Shown here one piece after another: positions 36,893-42,466 of a stretch of DNA of 42,466 bases (its first letter is position 1; every line of letters starts with the position of its first letter). The position numbers and the translations under genes were made by a program. The notes under the pieces are model-generated. The model was not told the origin of the DNA, searched no databases, and worked only from the letters and a program-made list of their open reading frames with translations. The stretch comes from Candidatus Hodarchaeota archaeon (GTDB lineage Archaea > Asgardarchaeota > Heimdallarchaeia > Hodarchaeales > Hodarchaeaceae): contig JAEOTM010000146.1 of NCBI GenBank assembly GCA_016839815.1, positions 1-42,466 of the forward strand, given 5' to 3'.

Positions 36893-37549
36893 CTATCGGG
36901 CTTGATTATTTTTTTTTTCAGAATATCCCATTAAAGCTCTTATTCTAACCAGTAGTAAAGGAATATTTCTAATATCTACAGTCTTGTGTAAAAGTACATG
37001 GTTTTTTGCATATTTCACCTTCTCACCAACGAGAAAATCAAATATTCGTTTTTTCTCTGGAAAATCCAAAGGAAGAAAAACAGTAAAATTCAATTCCTGC
37101 AGAAATAATCCTTTCAATGAGGTTAATTTTCGTGAGACTCTTACCGAGTAATTACCGAATGGTATTGTGTACCCTCTCACAGGTAGATAAAAACGCTTCG
37201 TTGAAAACTGAGATTTTAGTTGGGGCTTAGATATCCCTAAATTCGATACTGTTGGGATATAAGCAATTATTATAGTTCCTGCTAGAATTAATGGTACGAA
37301 AACCCAGATAGAATTGCTAACAAATATAGAAAGATTAAAATTGCGTGCTGCTGCTTCGTCATAAGTTACATTCTCTACTAGTGGAGGATCAGTTTCGGGA
37401 TTTGAACTCAATGAAGAATTAATACTATTTAACAGTAGAAGTGTTGACCCAATGAAACAGATCGAAATCAAAAGGACATATGATAACTGAGCAAGCCTTA
37501 TGTTAAAACTTGGACCGCGTAACATTCTTATTTTACCCCTATACTTCAT
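36893..37549 (-). CDS. Hypothetical two-TM membrane protein with basic C-terminal soluble domain
   Basis: Two hydrophobic segments flanking a Ser/Asn/Pro-rich loop containing NxS/T sequons; ATGA overlap with the upstream wHTH gene. Confidence 0.75.
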   Translation of the reverse strand: MKYRGKIRMLRGPSFNIRLAQLSYVLLISICFIGSTLLLLNSINSSLSSNPETDPPLVENVTYDEAAARNFNLSIFVSNSIWVFVPLILAGTIIIAYIPTVSNLGISKPQLKSQFSTKRFYLPVRGYTIPFGNYSVRVSRKLTSLKGLFLQELNFTVFLPLDFPEKKRIFDFLVGEKVKYAKNHVLLHKTVDIRNIPLLLVRIRALMGYSEKKNNQAR

Positions 37550-38022
37550 TCATTCTTGATGATAGTGTCTAATTCTCTACCATGTAGTTTCACAAGTTCA
37601 ATGAGTCTTTCCATGAAGCGATTTTCAGCATTCGCATAGATCAATTTTAACCGTGGATGAATATCTTCTGTGGAAACTAAATGTTGAGTACGTAAAAACT
37701 TTAAATCTCTATATATTGACTTACTTTTTTCCGAAATTCCTAAACTTCTAGCTAATTCAATTCCCGAACTACCTTTCGGATAGATAGTAACCAACTGCAT
37801 AAGTATCAACCGTTGATGTAATGAAAGTGGGGATGTAAATAGATAGAGAATTGCTGCATAATAATCACGTGTTAGATCTGTAATACGGGTAGATAATGTA
37901 TCCAGATAATCCTTGATTTCAGGTTTCACTTGGGAGGTTGTATTTAATGATGCAAGGATTTTTTCTAATGTGTCATTATCCTTTTTATCGTCCTCTAGTA
38001 TCCGAAAAGTCATAATTTCCAC
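37546..38022 (-). CDS. Winged-helix transcriptional regulator (ArsR/MarR-like)
   Basis: IL..L....P.G.S..ELA..LG.....KSIYR.LK.L....LV HTH pattern and wing. Confidence 0.78.
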   Translation of the reverse strand: MEIMTFRILEDDKKDNDTLEKILASLNTTSQVKPEIKDYLDTLSTRITDLTRDYYAAILYLFTSPLSLHQRLILMQLVTIYPKGSSGIELARSLGISEKSKSIYRDLKFLRTQHLVSTEDIHPRLKLIYANAENRFMERLIELVKLHGRELDTIIKNE

Positions 38023-38192
38023 TTACTCTATCTATATTTTGGGGTTTATTAAGTCTAAAGGAGGTGTATTCTGCTACACAAATATCCTCTTGATGATCAT
38101 GAATAAATTGAGATCAAGATATAAATTGAAAAGGTTTTTTTGAGGTACAAAGGTTGAAGGTTTATACAAAAAGAGTGGTTAATAGGAGAGGA

Positions 38193-38645
38193 ATGACAGT
38201 CAGCGAGGATCAGCCAGTCAATTATGAGACTGCAATTAAGGGTACAACGCTGGATGTCTATTTCTACTTACTACGAAAAAAAGAAGCGGCTGGAGTCCGG
38301 GAGATTCAACGCAGTTTGGGCCTTTCATCCCCTAGTGTATCAAGCTATCATTTAGATAAATTAGAATCTCTGGGGGTTATCAGAAAAAATCGATTTGGAA
38401 ATTTTGAAATCGCAAAAAAAATTGATATCGGTGCATTAAACCAATTCATACTTGTCAGAAATTTTACTCTTCCCCGTTTCCTCTTCTATGCTGTTTTTAT
38501 CTCTATACTCTTTGTAGGTTACATTCTTTTTTTCTTCACCCTTCCCCTAACAACCGGAAAATTATTTGCACTCCTATTTGGAGCGATAGCTACAGCAATT
38601 TGCTGGATAGAGACTTATCTTTCCTGGTTGAAACGTCCATTTTAG
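38193..38645 (+). CDS. Winged-helix regulator with two C-terminal TM helices
   Basis: GTTL.VY.YLL......GVREIQR.LG.SSPS...YHL.KL...G; two hydrophobic helices. AGGAG before ATG 38193. Confidence 0.85.
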   Translation: MTVSEDQPVNYETAIKGTTLDVYFYLLRKKEAAGVREIQRSLGLSSPSVSSYHLDKLESLGVIRKNRFGNFEIAKKIDIGALNQFILVRNFTLPRFLFYAVFISILFVGYILFFFTLPLTTGKLFALLFGAIATAICWIETYLSWLKRPF

Positions 38646-38651
38646 AAATAA

Positions 38652-39179
38652 TTAAAGGAATCTTACTCTTTCGCTAATATCAATAGCAGGAAATTTTGGT
38701 TCTTGTTCAGTTTGCCTCCATAACTCCTCCAACTTGAATTCTTCAAGTAGTGCAGCTACTTCTTTAACAAAATGAATCAATTCGCGTATTTTTCGTGAAA
38801 ATCGATACATAGTGACTTCATCTAGCCGATACCCTAAAAATATTCGTAGATCTTCATTGGGACCAGTTGTAATCACTCTACTAGTAAAGTACTTTCCCTG
38901 AATTTGAAGTAATCTTCGTAAAAAAGAAAGAACAGATTCTTCAGGTTCCTTTTTTAGACTCGTCAACCCATTTGAGAAGAACGAAATATGCGTAAAATTA
39001 CTTTCCAAAGCAATATGAATATCGGGACAATTCTTTATGGGAAGTAAAATATTAAAGGCATTATCATGAGTGTCTTTTAACAAAACGTGTTCTAACCCAA
39101 GGAGATCCAACCAGTGTTTAATTTGCTCCACTTTTTGGGGAAGAACGGCTTGTGATTTTACAGGTTGAGTAGTTCGCAT
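38652..39179 (-). CDS. Hypothetical protein, possible YbjN / type III secretion chaperone fold
   Basis: helix (I..WL..LGL), 3 strands, helix (L..LL..), 2 strands, long C-terminal helix. Confidence 0.5.
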   Translation of the reverse strand: MRTTQPVKSQAVLPQKVEQIKHWLDLLGLEHVLLKDTHDNAFNILLPIKNCPDIHIALESNFTHISFFSNGLTSLKKEPEESVLSFLRRLLQIQGKYFTSRVITTGPNEDLRIFLGYRLDEVTMYRFSRKIRELIHFVKEVAALLEEFKLEELWRQTEQEPKFPAIDISERVRFL

Positions 39180-39331
39180 ACGTTAGATTTCCTTTAGTTA
39201 GATTAGAATGGTTCCTTTATCGATGAATACCTTGAACAAGATAACTTCAGATCCTTCTATCCATAAATGTTTTCATTTCATCAAGGAGTGGATTTAAATT
39301 AGAAATACTTGAATACAAATTATCTGTTTAG

Positions 39332-39883
39332 CTATTTCTCAGGAAAGATACGCGGATTTAAATACGGAACTAAAGCCATTATTACACTTTGCTTGAGAAC
39401 ATCATATCGGGTAACAAAATTCTGACTGAAGAATCCTACAACTCCTTGTTTCTTTTTTATATCTGGTACCCCGCTTTTTTGTTCAGCAAGATCCCCTAGT
39501 TCATTATATTTATGTGTTGTTAATGCATCATACCATTCTATTGGTAAAGGAATTCCACAGCCTCTAATTGTCTCAATAGTTGATTCATTGCCGATTGATG
39601 AATAAACTACTATTCGAGCTTTATTTGAAGCCGCTTTCACAACACCTCCTTCTATACCTACGTAATAGTTATATCCTTGGTACTTTTCGCGTGCTTGCAA
39701 AACTCTTAATCTTGAATGTTCCCTTGTTTGTTTTTCTCCAATAGGTTGAGAGGCATTAGCAGTTAGAACTACTACTTCTTGTGAATTGATTTGAAAGTCC
39801 TTGAAAAAAGGTTGAAAAGCATCTGTTGTAGCTTTTATTTTCACTGGGTTCTTACTGGCTACTAAAACTTTGATATTTGTCAT
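39332..39883 (-). CDS. yjjX: Inosine/xanthosine triphosphatase (YjjX/DUF84)
   Basis: VAS.NPVK..A, QP.G, VGIEGG, ELG, K..GVVG......VTR. Confidence 0.9.
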   Translation of the reverse strand: MTNIKVLVASKNPVKIKATTDAFQPFFKDFQINSQEVVVLTANASQPIGEKQTREHSRLRVLQAREKYQGYNYYVGIEGGVVKAASNKARIVVYSSIGNESTIETIRGCGIPLPIEWYDALTTHKYNELGDLAEQKSGVPDIKKKQGVVGFFSQNFVTRYDVLKQSVIMALVPYLNPRIFPEK

Positions 39884-39896
39884 GATTGAAATGTCC

Positions 39897-40589
39897 TTAT
39901 CGCAGTAATTGATCTTCTAGCATATGGATCAGACGTGAGGATATTGTCCATGCTGGTTTAGTCTCTTTGTAAAACGAAATTTGATGAAAATCAGAATAGG
40001 ATTTAAATTCCGTGTTAGCAATGAATGAGGGTTCCCCAGACTGAAATCCTCCAATCAAAAATACTATATCTTCATCTACTAAGCTTTCTAATGATTTTAC
40101 AACTGAAGAATTTCCTTTCGGTTTTTCTAGAAGGATAATTCTTTGCTGGATATAGTGTTGTATCAATTCCTTTATTGGACTTCGAAAAGATGTAAGAATT
40201 GCTTCTCCTTCAACTGGTATCCTTTTCTTAAATAATAACTGTGAAAATAAACCAACAAAACGGTTGTAATTAACTGGAATTCGCCATTGGGGAGGTATAC
40301 GTATACATTGATCTGTATATGTATGAATTATGATCTCAATTTTTTTTTCAGCCATAAGAGGAGAGTAAAGGAGATTTAGAAGCGAATAATATATTATATC
40401 TGGTCTACCACGTTTTTCTTTTTCTGCTAATTGCATCATTAGAGAACTATGAATTGCTGTATCCAGGAGTATACCTCGGTTTTTTTTGCGAGTAGTCGTT
40501 TTCCAATCTTTCCGCACTAGAGGATGGTTCCTTAGTGATTCAGGAATCAGTTCAATAGCAGATTCAAAAAAAATGATCGTTATAACCAT
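39897..40589 (-). CDS. nep1: 16S rRNA pseudouridine N1-methyltransferase Nep1/Emg1 (SPOUT)
   Basis: ESA.ELIP, LLD...H, KRGRPDI, SPL, IHT, RIP.NYNRF.GL..QL, IGGF..G. Confidence 0.92.
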   Translation of the reverse strand: MVITIIFFESAIELIPESLRNHPLVRKDWKTTTRKKNRGILLDTAIHSSLMMQLAEKEKRGRPDIIYYSLLNLLYSPLMAEKKIEIIIHTYTDQCIRIPPQWRIPVNYNRFVGLFSQLLFKKRIPVEGEAILTSFRSPIKELIQHYIQQRIILLEKPKGNSSVVKSLESLVDEDIVFLIGGFQSGEPSFIANTEFKSYSDFHQISFYKETKPAWTISSRLIHMLEDQLLR

Positions 40590-40859
40590 ATTTTGTCAAA
40601 TACTTGGTAAACAACCTTATTATTTGTTTTTACCTTTCAAATAATTTGTAAGATTTATTTAGTTCGTAAAATAATTGAAAATCCGACAATAAATGAAAGG
40701 GGAAAAACTGTAGACAGAGTCAGGCTTTAACTTTGTATATTTCAACTGCATATCAGAAAACAATAATCCTGTCTTCTAGAATCCTTTATTCAACCTATGT
40801 ACACTCTTAATCATATTCATTCTTGGATTTTGCAGTCCTTTAAGTAATTAAAACCAGCC

Positions 40860-41069
40860 TTGTTTATCGTATTTGATGTTCAAATGTTGTTACGCAATCT
40901 AAAATTACCCAATAAATTACGAACTAAACATCATCCTGGTCAGAAAGTGGAGATTTGGATGAATTGTCAAAAAGTAAGAACCCTTGAAGACTTTTCATCT
41001 AGTGATCGCCTCTTTTTAAAGCAATTTATCACCAATCTAGAAGAGATGGGCTGGAGAGTCTTAATCTAA
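40860..41069 (+). CDS. Possible small protein or gene remnant
   Basis: Only sizeable ORF in a ~500-bp gap; protein-like C-terminus (FITNLEEMGWRVL); no clear RBS. Confidence 0.35.
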   Translation: MFIVFDVQMLLRNLKLPNKLRTKHHPGQKVEIWMNCQKVRTLEDFSSSDRLFLKQFITNLEEMGWRVLI

Positions 41070-41095
41070 TTAATTTTAAGTTTGGTAAATGTCTT

Positions 41096-42325
41096 TTAAT
41101 CAACATACACATCAAGAACTGCATGGAGAGGTAAAAAATCTTCTTCGTCAGGTGTATGATTTTTTAGAATCGACGCTAATTGCTTCACTAACCCTTTATC
41201 TTCCAATTTAGCAAAGAGTTTTTCATAGGTTGAGGCTGGAACCTGTGCAAGAATATCTCCTATTTCAGCATAATAATCTTCAGAAATTTCCTCATTATTC
41301 AGTAATTCAATTAAAATGGGAAATGTTACTAGTTTTTTTGTCATTAAAACATCCTTAATTGTGGATTTTTCTTCTTCTTCAGCGGTTTCAAGATATTTAA
41401 TCAGACTTTCATAAGCTTCTTTCGTCCCAATCTCATGTAAGGCATAAATGGTTTGCAGGAGAGTATACTCCTCCGATGATGAATTATTCAGAAGTTTTTC
41501 TAATGAGGGGATTACGCTAGAGGAACCTATCTTTCCCAATATTTCCGCTAACGCTCCACAATTCATATCATCCTCGCATGTATCGAGAGCGGATGTAACA
41601 TAGGGAATTGCTAGCTCACCAAACCTAGCTACAACTGCACGAATTGTGGTTCCTTGACGTGCATCAGTCTGTCCAAGGAGAGATAATACTGGTTCAATTC
41701 CACTCTCTTCTTTCATTTCTGCGAGAGCATATGCTGCTGCCAATCGAACATCCATTTCATATGATTCAGTTGTTAATACTTCATACAATTTTGTACTGGC
41801 TGAATTAGCTCGTTCTTTCATCGCCCCTAGAATAAAGGCTAATTGCTGTTGTCTCTTTGGAGGAACCGTATCGAAAACATTGATTATTGATGGAACACGT
41901 TGTGGCCAACATTCTAACCACATATTCTCAAAATGACATTTTTTAAATGCTTGAATATCTAATTCCTCAATTTGTTCCGCGATGCAATTGAATTTGAAAA
42001 ATCTCCTTTGCAAAAAAGGGCACTTTGTTTTATAATTCAAATACGGGATTCCTGTACGCCAGGAAGCTGATTGATACGCCATGACACTCAAGAATTCACT
42101 AAATCTCGCGAACGTATAGGTCAAGAGAAACATCATTATTATCATTGAGCCGATAAGTCCTAGGAATTCAAATTGGATTGCAAGAAATGGATATACTAAA
42201 TTAAAGAAAACGAACCAAATAGCTATTACTAGAAATACCATACTAATAGCCCCTATAAAATCTGATACAAAATCAGGAGCCATCTCAGAGGATATCATGG
42301 GAGTATCAATTTGATCATCAGACAT
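41096..42325 (-). CDS. Membrane-anchored HEAT/PBS-lyase-repeat protein
   Basis: Two N-terminal TMs, four spaced Cys, then repeats such as VRLAAAYALAEM, ALAEILGKIG..VIPSLEKLL, IYALHEIG. GGTGA RBS before ATG 42325. Confidence 0.85.
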   Translation of the reverse strand: MSDDQIDTPMISSEMAPDFVSDFIGAISMVFLVIAIWFVFFNLVYPFLAIQFEFLGLIGSMIIMMFLLTYTFARFSEFLSVMAYQSASWRTGIPYLNYKTKCPFLQRRFFKFNCIAEQIEELDIQAFKKCHFENMWLECWPQRVPSIINVFDTVPPKRQQQLAFILGAMKERANSASTKLYEVLTTESYEMDVRLAAAYALAEMKEESGIEPVLSLLGQTDARQGTTIRAVVARFGELAIPYVTSALDTCEDDMNCGALAEILGKIGSSSVIPSLEKLLNNSSSEEYTLLQTIYALHEIGTKEAYESLIKYLETAEEEEKSTIKDVLMTKKLVTFPILIELLNNEEISEDYYAEIGDILAQVPASTYEKLFAKLEDKGLVKQLASILKNHTPDEEDFLPLHAVLDVYVD

Positions 42326-42466
42326 ACTTAAGTTCACCTTGAAGAGAATTCAAAAAAAACGTTTTTCGCTGAAAAAAAACTGATCCCAGTAGTTAATTTG
42401 AATATTTGCTTTGGTATATTTGGATCTTGAATTCAGAGAATGAAGTTTAATGTCTTAAAATCCATA

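Noticed and set aside
710-38143. Other 60-141 aa alternative-frame or antisense ORFs in the track (e.g. 20314-20739, 27654-27971, 8787-9098)
   Set aside because: They lie within or largely overlap well-supported genes and have no recognisable motifs.
1-42466. tRNA/rRNA genes, transposases, integrases, prophage or defence islands
   Set aside because: No GC-rich cloverleaf-like segment in any intergenic gap and no recombinase, transposase or capsid motifs. This was by eye only; tRNAscan-SE/Infernal would be decisive.

Overview
AT-rich, gene-dense archaeal chromosome segment with about 37 CDS. It is very likely from an Asgard archaeon (Heimdallarchaeia/Hodarchaeales-like is my inference). The basis is archaeal housekeeping genes (archaeal/eukaryote-type IleRS, Nep1, ADP-forming acyl-CoA ligase alpha, beta-CASP nuclease, GvpD/KaiC-like ATPase, GGTGA/GAGGT ribosome-binding sites) occurring with eukaryotic-signature-type proteins (a gelsolin-domain protein, a longin+roadblock-like protein, a uDENN/longin-TPR protein) and a flotillin. 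Left to right: 5'-truncated ileS and a short C-Ala-less alaS; a ~10 kb minus-strand run (split 3-methylcrotonyl-CoA carboxylase, methylglutaconyl-CoA hydratase, alpha/beta hydrolase, ChbG/YdjC deacetylase, glnA, glutaminase-type nitrilase overlapping nadE, class II amidotransferase); an NfeD-like/flotillin pair; uDENN-TPR and an orphan helical protein; CPBP protease plus omega-amidase; beta-CASP RNase with a long non-KH extension behind a GvpD-like ATPase; mtnA; THUMP-SPOUT methyltransferase; APH-like kinase; acdA; Fpg; DUF1405; longin-roadblock; larC-larB-YkgJ; gelsolin/basic-tail/Zn-ribbon protein; divergent wHTH regulators; YbjN-like; YjjX; nep1; membrane HEAT-repeat protein. I saw no tRNA, rRNA, CRISPR array, transposase or integrase. 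The best novelty candidates are the gelsolin + histone-H1-like tail + C4 zinc-ribbon protein, the extended beta-CASP/GvpD-like unit, the duplicated 'hook' of the split carboxylase, and the longin/DENN proteins. All family calls come from motif recognition by eye, not database searches.
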